Shown here: positions 10,801 through 20,900 of the stretch, one piece after another
How the letters are laid out: each line of letters begins with the position of its first letter
How positions within the stretch are numbered: position 1 is the stretch's first letter
Source: Negaprion brevirostris
Taxonomy: Eukaryota
Assembly: GCA_030324005.1 (NCBI GenBank)
Contig: JARDVH010000132.1
Span: forward strand, 67,323,479-67,386,199
DNA: 62,721 bases
Direction: 5' to 3'
Program-made: the position numbers and the translations under genes
Notes under the pieces: model-generated
Database searches by the model: none
What the model was told of the DNA's origin: nothing
The model's input: only the letters and a program-made list of their open reading frames with translations

Positions 10801-12320
10801 TTTTACAGTAAGGAATGTTATTTTGCTTTTTCAAGTTCTTGTTAATTTTTGATACTGTATATAGTGGTTCTCCTTTCCAATGGGGCACTTAGTTCATCTT
10901 GACTGACAATCCAAATGGGTGGTTCAAAAGAACTGGACCGTTGGAAAATTACATTTCAATTAGGGATCTGCATCTTTTACAGAAGCAGGAATGAGATTGT
11001 CAATATTCCCAATGCAGGATTTGTCAATTCTACTCATTAGTTAATTATCAGCATTCCCACTGCCCGCAGTTAAGGTGCATCGACATTCCCATTCCTCATA
11101 GAAAGTGTCAGAGCAAAAAAACGGGACACATCCCTTCTCCGTCCACCACCAAAATCTCGTAACCCATCACTATCTACTCACTCTCAATGCTGTCATATCA
11201 ATTTAATGCCAGCCCAAGTCCCTTACTCACTTTCATGGACACTTATATCCTCTCAAGAGTCCAACTATTCATTGTTCACAATGCAATCGTCTTTGCACCA
11301 GGGATGGCAGATGTGTAAAAATCTCCATATCATAACCTATTAACAGTGTATCCATTAATTCTCATGGCTCCTGCTATGTTTGCAACAGCTGTACCCTAAT
11401 GTGCCTGAGATCCTTCTTTTTCCTGATACCAACCAATAGAAAATCTAAGACCGCTGCTCCAAAGACCTTTAATGAACTTTACAATGAGATCAACAATCAG
11501 TTAATTGGGCTTCTCCTTTTTTGACAATTGCATCATGATCCAGTGACGCCAACCAAGAATGCTATTTCCAATTTACTCCTCTACCTGACTCATTTCTTGG
11601 ACGACTGAAAATCCATCCCTGCACAAACAAGTGAAGATTTATCAATCTTATTGGTAGAAGAGTCACATTATTGATTTCCCTGCTCACTTATGCCATGACC
11701 CTTTGTAAAGGGCACTGAAAAGAATCTTTTGTATTCATAGGTTACCACTCAAAAGGTCACAATAAATCCTGAGAAGTTGTAAATGTAGTAAACAGTGAGT
11801 GCCATTCCTTTGCCATTTTGTTCAAACTCTCATACTGGACAAGAGTCATTTCTGTTACTGCAAAAATGGCAAAAACATTTCTTTTCGCAAAATAGTTTGA
11901 GTCATTTAGTTGATTCATCAACAAATGGAAAAGACAGAATAACATGAAGTGAGCACCATATGCAACATTTTAAAATATGTGCCAAAGAAGGTCCCAAGGT
12001 ATTTTGGGACAGCAGTTGTGTAACTGTAGAGAAATTACTGATCACGAGGTTACCCCAAGTGTCTTAGAAAAGTAGAAAATCCAAAGTTCATACCTAGTCA
12101 ATTTCTGAGTGAACTAATATCAGTCAAGATCTGGGGTTGGGAGGAAGGGAGGGCAGAGTTGGGAAGAGATTGTGTTGACAAGGGTACCATAAATAGATTC
12201 AGCAGGACTGGTTTAGAAGATGGAAATCATCAGAGTTGCTGTTGATTGCTTTCCAGTGGTCCCCGCTGGAAGCCTGAATGTGTCTGTTTTTATTTGTGTA
12301 TATTAGTAAGATCAAATGAG

Positions 12321-12390
12321 GGCAAGGTCATAAAATTTGAGAAAGCCAATAAGCTCTGATAACCTTTACGGAAGTCATAACTATAAATAG
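12321..12390 (+). promoter_or_regulatory. Putative ASB4 proximal promoter: CAAGGTCA, CCAAT, GATA, ETS and MEF2/TATA motifs
   Basis: CAAGGTCA 12323-12330, CCAAT 12346-12350, TGATAA 12357-12362, CGGAAGT 12369-12375, CTATAAATAG 12381-12390; about 130-190 nt upstream of the ATG. Confidence 0.55.
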
Positions 12391-12516
12391 CAAGCTCCAC
12401 ATGACTGAGTGATAAAATTACACCTACAGTGCAAGTTTCTCATAGTGTTTGTGTACTTTAAGCCCACTTTCACATTAGGACTACTACGAACAAGTTGATT
12501 TGTCCTGCTTTTGAAA

Positions 12517-12694
12517 ATGGAAGTCGAAAGTTCCCGGGCCTGTGCTGACAGAATACTTAAAGCAACGTTTTTACAAGCCCTGCAAAATAATGATTGTAAA
12601 ACCCTGAAGGAAATCTTGAGGAAGAAGAAAATTGATGTTGATACCATTTTTGAAGTGGAAGATGAAACCATGATTCTGGCATCTTATAAACAAG
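12517..12694 (+). CDS. ASB4: ASB4 exon 1 (MEVESSRAC...[22 protein letters not shown])
   Basis: aaaATGG Kozak; matches human ASB4 [22 protein letters not shown]; donor CAAG|gtacat. Confidence 0.95.
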
Positions 12695-13282
12695 GTACAT
12701 TTGCTCAGACTAAAACCATGGAAAAGGACAGATTAACCAGCTGAGTGTAATATAAATGAAATTCCATCAGGTTACAAACCAAGACTGAACATCTCCAATG
12801 AGAAATTGATAGTAAATATTATAAAATTTAGCTTGAAATGTTTGGAACAACATGTTACTAGTCATTGTTAATTATGACATGTATTTAAATATTCAAAACA
12901 AATGACCTATTTATCTAACAGATTCTTTTTTAAAATCAGTTCAGTCAATTATTTTTTCCTTTGCTGTGTTGTCTGCCATCTGTTTACAGCCTATCATAAA
13001 ATATGACAGCAACTCTACATGAACTGAAACTTCACGCAGTTAATTTAAAAGCTGCAACCCTTTTCTCACAATTACTTACATTTTAGTTGACACATGTGTT
13101 ACTGGAGACTAGACCAGCCAAATCTGTAGTATCCCAAAACCTCTTGCATACAATGTCCATTTGAAATGAAAGCAGGATTAGTGCCTCCTGCTTCTAGTAG
13201 TCAAGAATAAGTACGAGCAGAGTGTTGTGGAGACACCAGTGACTTCCTGCATGGCTGTTTCCAGCTAACATGTTTCCTACAT

Positions 13283-13432
13283 GACACAGTAAGAAGTCTC
13301 ACGACACCAGGTGAAAGTCCACTCACCTGAAAGTTTGTGACTTCAAATAAACCTGTTGGACTTTAACCTAGTGTTGTGAGACTTCTTACTGTGACTGCGC
13401 CGACCCCAGTCCAACGCAAGTATTTCCACATC
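13283..13432. mobile_element. Miniature inverted Penelope pLTR fragment inserted in an old SINE
   Basis: cacagtaagaagtctcacgacaccaggtgaaagtcc is inverted relative to ggactttaacctagtgttgtgagacttcttactgtg; flanked by a tacatgac duplication. Confidence 0.7.
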
Positions 13433-13728
13433 ACCTTACATGACAACAGTGACTAGATTTCTGACATGCTAAAATGGGGGTGAAGTGATTTGAGACTGCC
13501 TCAGGTTGTGAAAGGCACTTTTTCAATGCAAGCTAATTCTTTCACATTCAGAACTTGCATACGTTAAGTGATCAGGACTTGTTTGTGCTGCAGGCTACCT
13601 GTAAGGGGCATTTCCGATAGCTAACAGGGGTTTGGAGGGTAGGTTGAAAACTAAGAGCAATTTTGTAGAGAGTTGAGGTACTTTCCCAGCCATCTCCAGC
13701 TCCTGCTGATCTCAGAATGCAGCCGTGC

Positions 13729-13774
13729 ACCCCCCCCCCCACCCATCCACCCATCCACCCATCCACCCATCCAT
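13729..13774. repeat. Poly-C plus (CCAT/CCAC)n simple repeat
   Basis: cccccccccc acccatccacccatccacccatccacccatccat. Confidence 0.85.
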
Positions 13775-14029
13775 CTCCTTTAAGAGGTGCAGGATGATTG
13801 AGTTATGTTAGTTTACTTTATGTGGTGCTAGCTTTGCATGGACCCTCATGATTTTGAATACCTCAATCAAATTTCCTCTCAGCCTTCTTTTCTCTAAGGA
13901 AAACAGTCCCAACTTTTCCAATCTGTCTTCATGACTGAAGTTCCTCATTCATGGAACCATTCTTGCAATCTTTTTTGCAATCTCTCAAATACCATCAGTG
14001 GCAAGTTAGGTGTTGCTTTTAATGGTCAC

Positions 14030-15800
14030 CTATGAACATATGAATAGGGGAAGAAGTAGTCCCCTCAAGCCTGCTCCTCCATTCACAGCTGATCTGATAG
14101 TAATCTCAGCTCTACATTCCTGCCTACCCCCAATAACCTTTCACCCCTTTGTTAATCAAGAGTCAATCCTACTCTGCCTCAAAGATATTCAAAACTTATG
14201 CTTCCACTGCCATTTGAGGAAGAAAAGGAGACTTATGACCCTTTAAGAGAAAAAATTCCTCTAATCTATGCCTTAAATGAGTGATAATATGGAGATGCCG
14301 GCTTTGGAATAGGGTAAGCATAGTAAGAAGTCTCTCAACACCAAGTTAAAGTCCAACAGGTTTATTTGGTAGCACAAGCTTTCAGAGTGTCACTCCTTCA
14401 GGTGAGTGAGGAGTTATGTTCACATACAGGGCATTCAGCCTCTAACCTTTGGGTAAGCATTCTTCTAAGTGCTCTTCACGACAATTGACAATGTAGAATC
14501 GGTGAGCAGAAGCTGATAGCCAAGTTCTGCACACAAGGACGGCCTCAACTGGGATCTTGGGTTTATGTCGCACTATCTGTAACCTCCATGACTTGTCTGA
14601 GCTTGCAAAATCTCACTAACTGTCCTGGCTGGAGACAGTACACGCTTCTTTAACCTGTGCTTGGCCCTCTCTCNNNNNNNNNNTGTGTCTGTATATGCCC
14701 TGTTTGTGAACACAACTCCTCACTCACCTGATGAAGGAACAAGACTCTTAAAGCTAGTGCTGCCAAATAAACCTGTTGGACTTTAACCTGATGATGTGAG
14801 ATTTCTTAAATGATCCCTCAAGAAAATATTTCACCTTATCTCATTTTTAAATGGGTAGCCCCTTATTTTTAACGGTGATCACCTGGTTCTAGATTCTCCC
14901 ACTAGAGGAAGCATTTTCTCCATAACTACCCTATCAATACCCCTCAGGATTTAAAAGGTTTTGATTAAGTTGCCTTTTACTCTTCTAAATTTTAGTGGAT
15001 ACAAGCCTAACCTATTCAACCTTTCCCTGTAAGACAACCTGCCCAATCCTAGTACTGGTCTAGTAAAGCTTCTCTGAACTGTGTCTAATGCAATTACTCC
15101 CTTAAGTAAGGAAACCGATACTGTATGCAATACCCCAGATGGGGTCTCACCAATGCCCTGTAAAATTGAAGCAAAACCTCTCTACTTTTGTAAACAAGTC
15201 TCCTCACAATAAATGATAACATTATTATTAACTTTCCTAATTACTTGCTGTACCTGTATATTAATCTTTTGTGATCCATATACTTGGACACACAGATCCC
15301 ACTGCACCTCAGAGCTCTGAAATCTCTTATCATTTAGATATTTTTTATTCTTTCAGCCAAAATGAACAATTCACATTTTCTCACTTTTTATTCCATTTAC
15401 CAGATCTCTGCCCACTCACTTAACCTATGTCATTTTGTGCCCCTCCTTACGTCCTCTTCAAATTTACTTTCCTATCTATCTTTGTGTCGTCAGCAAATTT
15501 AGCAACTATATCTTTACTCCCTTCATCCAAGTCATATAAATTGCAAAAAGTTGAGGCCCCAGCATTGATCCACCACTCATCTTATCCTGCCAACTGGAAA
15601 AAGACCCATTTATGCCAATTCTCTCTGTTTTCAGTTAGCTAGCCAATCTTCTATCCATGCCAATATGTTATCCCATATACAATGAGCTTTTATTTTCCAC
15701 AATAACCTTTGACATGGCACCTTTTCAAATGCCTTCTGGAAATCTAAGTACATCCACAGGACATGTGACTCCTTCAAAGAACTCCAACTAGTTAAACATT
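14030..15800 (-). mobile_element. CR1 LINE 3' portion, interrupted by a Penelope insertion
   Basis: Reverse of the CR1 RT motifs (gtgtcgtcagcaaattt = KFADDT; aaatgccttctggaaatc = DFQKAF). Confidence 0.8.
14290..14808. mobile_element. Penelope-like element with inverted pLTRs, inserted into a CR1 fossil in ASB4 intron 1
   Basis: 14320-14430 is the reverse complement of 14695-14808; the middle contains the end of the GIY-YIG region (gagcagaagctgatagccaagttc). Confidence 0.8.
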
Positions 15801-15853
15801 TTTATATCCTATTTTAAAAATCTATGTGATTAATATTCTTTCCTTTTTCCCAG

Positions 15854-16153
15854 GTTACTGGCTGCCAAGTTACAAGTTAGGCTCATCCTGGACAACAGGC
15901 CTGCATTTATCAGTGATGCTTGGTAACCTAGAGAGTGTTGCAGTGTTATTAGATAATCAGGCTAATATAAACTATCAGCCAAATGGGAAAGCACCTTTAC
16001 ATGTTGCCATCGATGTGACAAACAGGGACTGTGTTAGTATGTTAATACATCATGGAGCTAAAGTCAACGCTTTTTCACTGAGTGGACACACACCATTACA
16101 TCTATGCAGAACTAAGGAGTCAATTTCCTGTGCAAAACTACTAATCTGGAATG
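15854..16153 (+). CDS. ASB4: ASB4 exon 2 ([21 protein letters not shown]...AKLLIWNG), ankyrin repeats
   Basis: tttttcccag|GT...AAT G|gtgagc; 300 nt; ankyrin motifs GKAPLH and GHTPLH. Confidence 0.96.
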
Positions 16154-16806
16154 GTGAGCTGCATGTGCAGGATATAAGATTTTTCTCCTCAAAATGTTTC
16201 TAATTCTACTAATAACATTAAAAAAACTATGCAAATATACATCCAGTAATAACAAAAGAATGCATAATACTGGAGTTTTATGAGCTCTTTATAAAACATA
16301 TTTTGAACTTCCCTTTAGATACCACTGTTCAAACAGGCTTCCTTCTAGTCCTCCTCCTAGGCCTCAACTAGTGATACTTTTGAATTAGTCAGTGAGTGAT
16401 ATATGACATTGACCAGGGTGGGGAGCTTGCCTATTAATAAATCTTTTCTGTCTTCTCATTTATGCCATGCAATTAGGAACTTGCACAAAAAGTGTTGGGG
16501 GGATTAGCAGGGTAAATACTTGGGGTTACGGGGATAAGGCCTGGGTAGGATTGTTGTTGGTGCAGACTCGATGGGCTCAATGGCCTCCTTCTGTACTGAA
16601 TAGATTCGATGATTCTACCCAAAACCCTCTCATTTGACTTCATAAATGCTGGTTGAACGGCTGTGCATTTCCAGCTGTTTATTTTCATTCCAGTCATTAA
16701 ATCCATTTCATAAGACTCAATTTTAATAGTTAACTATCAAAATATGAGTGCTTTTAGGAGTTATTTTGAAGAAACATGGTTATGTCTCATGCTTGATTTT
16801 TAACAG

Positions 16807-17297
16807 GTGCAAACCTGAATCTCCAGGCTAATCATGATTATAAAGATACACCAATGCACATAGCTACACGATTTGGTGTACCTGAACTTGTGGCACTTTA
16901 TGTCAACCATGGAGCAGATATTGACAGTGTTAATGTCTTTATGGAAACACCACTTATTACAGCAATTTACTGGGCCTTAAACATGAAGGAGCAGCAATAC
17001 AGCACAGACCATCATCTAATCTGTCGAATGCTCATAGACTATGGAGCTTCTGTAAATGCTCGAGATCGGGATTACAAAACTCCACTTCATAAAGCTGCGT
17101 GGAATTGTGACCACTTGCTTCTACAAATGTTGCTAGAAGCGGGTGCTCGGGCTGATTCAATGGACGTCAATGGCTGTGCCTCTCTACAGTATCTTCTGAA
17201 AGTTACACCTGTACGTCCTGCAGCAGAACCAGAGAAATGTTATCAATTGTTGCTAAACTATGGAGCTGCAAGGGTTTACCCTCCACATTTTCATAAG
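16807..17297 (+). CDS. ASB4: ASB4 exon 3 (GANLNLQAN...[13 protein letters not shown]), ankyrin repeats
   Basis: ttttaacag|GT...AAG|gtagga; 491 nt; [13 protein letters not shown] and [14 protein letters not shown] match ASB4. Confidence 0.96.
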
Positions 17298-17619
17298 GTA
17301 GGAATACAAAATAATGATTAAACATAAATATATCAACCATGTTATTATAGATACTAATTGCATGATTATTGAGTACTATCGCCAGAAATTACCTCTTATA
17401 TTTACATACAAAGCGCAACATATTTGTATGATCACCTTTTGTCTCCCATTTAATAATTTGAATACCCCATCTATTTTAAACAGGCTAACACTTTATTAAA
17501 ATAGCTAATCAATGAATCTCAGTCAGTGTCGAGCAATCATTTTTCTGTCATTGCTAATGATTTTCCCTGTTTCCATTTTGATTTTTCTTCAATATCACAA
17601 AGAGATTTGGGGAAACAAG

Positions 17620-19450
17620 TTGTTGACTTTTTCAATAAATTCCAGGAAGGTACCGGAAGATTGGAAAACAGCTAATGTGATCCCTTGTTCAAAAAGGGAG
17701 AAAGGCAGAGGGTAGGGAACTATAGGACAGTTAGTTTTACATCTATTATTGGCAAGAATCTGGAGTCTATAATCAAAGAGGAAACAGCTAATCATTTAGG
17801 AAAGCTGAATATAATCAAACCTAGGTTTTATGGAAGTTAAATCACGTTCAACAAATTTGATCGAATATATTGAGAATATAACAGGGAGAGTAGATCGAGA
17901 TGAACCTGCTGATGTAGTATATTAAAATTTGCAAAAGGCCTTTGACAATAAGAACATAAGAGATAGGAGCAGGAGTAGGCCATCTAGCCCTTCGAGCCTG
18001 CCCCGCCATNNNNNNNNNNNNNNNNNNNNNNNNNNNNNNNNNNNNNNNNNNNNNNNNNNNNNNNNNNNNNNNNNNNNNNNNNNNNNNNNNNNNNNNNNNN
18101 NNNNNNNNNGCATTAAGGACCTCATCTCCTACCATCCTTCTATCTTTAATATTCGGCAAGCTATTTGTGTCCTCCTCCATGAAGACAGACACAAAAAACT
18201 TATTTAAAGCCTCAGCCATTTCCTCATTACCCACCGTTAAATCCCCCCTCTCATCCTCCAAGGGTCCAACATTCACTCTAGCCAGTCTCCTCTTCTTTAT
18301 ATATTTGTAAAAACTTTTACTGCCACTTTTTATATTTTTACAAGGTGCCACATTACAGGCTGCTGCATAAAGTAAAAGTTCATGGATTTAAAGAAAGTGT
18401 GATAGCATGGATTGTATCTGATAGAAAACAGAGAGTTGGAATAACTGGGTCCTTTTCAGGGGGGAAAGATGTAATTAGTAGAATACCTCAGGGATGAGTC
18501 CTTGGCCCACAAGTGTTCACTATTTACATTAATGACCTGGAGGAAGGAACAGAATGTGAGGTTTCCAAATTTGTGATGATATAGAGATAGGTGGAAGGGC
18601 ATGTTGTGATGAGAATATTGTAATTCTGCAATGGGATTTAAATAGACTGGGTGACGGGGTGGAAACCTTGTAAATGGAGTTTAATGTGGGGAAGTGTGAG
18701 GTCATGCACTTTGAAAGGAGAAATCAGAAGGCAGATTGTTATCTAATTGATGCAGGTGAGTGAAGTGCAGAGGGATCTGGGTATTCTAGTGCATAAATCA
18801 CAAAAAGCTAGCAGGCAGCTCCAACAAGAACTTAAGAGGACAAATGGCTTTTTGGCCTTTATTACAAAGAGGTTGGAGTTTAAAAATAAAGAGGTTTTGT
18901 TGTAATTGTACAGTGGTGGTGAGACCTCACCTGGAATACTGTATACTGTTTTGGTCCCCTTACCTAAAAAAGGATATGGCAGAATTGGAAGCAGTGCAAA
19001 GGAGATTCTTGGGATGAAAGGTTGTCCTATCGAGATTAAATAGCCTGGGTTTATCTTCTATGGAGTTTAGAAAAGTGAGGGGTGATCTTCTTCAAACATA
19101 TAAGATCCTGAGGAGCCTTGACAGGTTAACTGTTGAGATGTTTTCACCAGTGGGAGAGTCTCAAACAAGGAGATATTATACAAGTTAAAGGGCCGGTTAT
19201 TTAAAACTGATGTGCATAGAAATTTCTTCTTGCAGAGGGTGGTGAATCTCTGGAATTTGCTGCCACAAAGTGTGATGAAAGCTGGACCTTTAGAAGTAGT
19301 TAAAGTGGAGCTGAACAAATATTTGATAGATCGAGGAATAGAAGGTGATAGGTGAATGTCATAGATCAACCATGATTATATTGAATGGCGGGGCAGGCTT
19401 GAAGGGCCTGGTGGCCTACTCCTGCTTCTATTTTCTGTGTTCTTGTGTTT
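17620..19450 (+). mobile_element. CR1 LINE 3' ~1.4 kb with a younger inverted CR1 nested at 17949-18343
   Basis: KVPEDWKTANV motif; the host reads aaggcctttgacaa|ggtgccaca across the insert, with a tttgacaa/ttttacaa duplication; CR1 3' UTR tail at about 19380-19450. Confidence 0.85.
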
Positions 19451-20463
19451 TTAAAATTGAAATTTTACAATAAACGAAAAAGAATGGTAGAAATTGTGCC
19501 CATTTTGACTGCTTCCTAATGGCGAATACAAGTATCAATTTTAAATAAACAATTCCCTCCTTGGTCATTTTGGCTAAGATAGCCTTACTTTGATAGAGGG
19601 GTAAAGTCCTGAAGTGCTGTTGGGCAGGGTTCCATATTGGGAGAATATTTTCATAAAATGATCACTAGTATAGCAAACTAAATCCATTGGTCTCTACATA
19701 TTCTGCTGTCGTTGTTATAATGACACAATTTCCACACCTACAAATTTCCATGGTCCTTTAAGCATTCTGACCCTGCTGAAGTATTGAGGGTGGGGCGTAT
19801 GTTTCCTAATTTAGAAAGGAATAGACATGCTAGTATTGCTATTGCCATATTTTGAATGTGTGCTGTTTACAGATAGAAAGATCAGGTGTGGGGTGGCACT
19901 GGCCATCCACTTACCACATCACCAGCATCACTTGGTTGGGAATTGTACTAGTAGCTATATAGCAATGCTGAGAGTTGGCTGATTGTTCCAGATGCCCGGA
20001 AGAGGACAAAGCTGAGCTTATGTCACCCACTTCAAAATGTGGCACAAAAATTGTCAAACCCTTGAGAGTTTGGTCTCTATCCCTGATCTTGTGGACATAA
20101 TTTCAGATTGGGTAATATACCTGTTCTCACTTCTTCAAGCAGTCTGTAAATGGAAACTAAATATCAAAGACAGCTATTCGCCTGACAACCCTCTTCTTAC
20201 CTGACTATGCTTATTACTGAACCTGAAGTGGGTGGTTTGAAGGTCACAGGCTTCTAACCTGTTTCCCAGACTCTCTGTGACAATTCTAGAAGGGGTACAC
20301 TGGATGGCCTGTGGAACTTTGAGATCCAGGTCTTCAAATTATGAGAACAATAAACTGCACCTTGGAAAATGTTGCACATTTATTCAATCAATCATGCAAG
20401 TCAGATTCATTCCTCGTGAAACCAAACAAAAAGGGTTAACGTTTACTTTTTGTCTACGTTTAG

Positions 20464-20493
20464 GTACTGCAATCATGCTGCACCTGTCCAAAG
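20464..20493 (+). CDS. ASB4: ASB4 exon 4, visible 5' part only (VLQSCCTCPK); remainder in the N gap
   Basis: tgtctacgtttag|GTA CTG CAA TCA TGC TGC ACC TGT CCA AAG then N-run; matches human VIQACHSCPK; phase 0 fits the exon 3 donor. Confidence 0.85.
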
Positions 20494-20593
20494 NNNNNNN
20501 NNNNNNNNNNNNNNNNNNNNNNNNNNNNNNNNNNNNNNNNNNNNNNNNNNNNNNNNNNNNNNNNNNNNNNNNNNNNNNNNNNNNNNNNNNNNN

Positions 20594-20900
20594 TATAATC
20601 ATTGCTGCGGTGTAGAGAAAGATCAACTTCATGCGAGGTGCGTCCTTTCAATGGTCTGATGGCAGCCGGGAAGGAGCTATTCTTGAGTTGGTTGGTACGT
20701 GGTCAGACTTTTGTATCTTTTTCCCGATGGAAGAAGGTGGAAGAGTGATTGTCCATGGTGGGTGTGGTCCTTGATTATGCTTTTCTGAAGCAGCAGGAAA
20801 TGTAGACAGAGTCAATGGATGAGAGGTTGGTTTGCATGGTGGACTGGGCTTTGTTCATGATCCTTTGTAATTTCTTGTGGTCTTGGACAGAGAGCCATCA
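20594..20900 (-). mobile_element. LINE 3' fragment (Rex1/Babar-like, tentative); related tail at 25225-25370
   Basis: Recalled shark repeat pattern; not verified by a search. Confidence 0.4.

Noticed and set aside
19568-19580. TTTTGGCTAAGAT, a 13-nt match to the U2 5' end
   Set aside because: Too short and isolated; compatible with chance.
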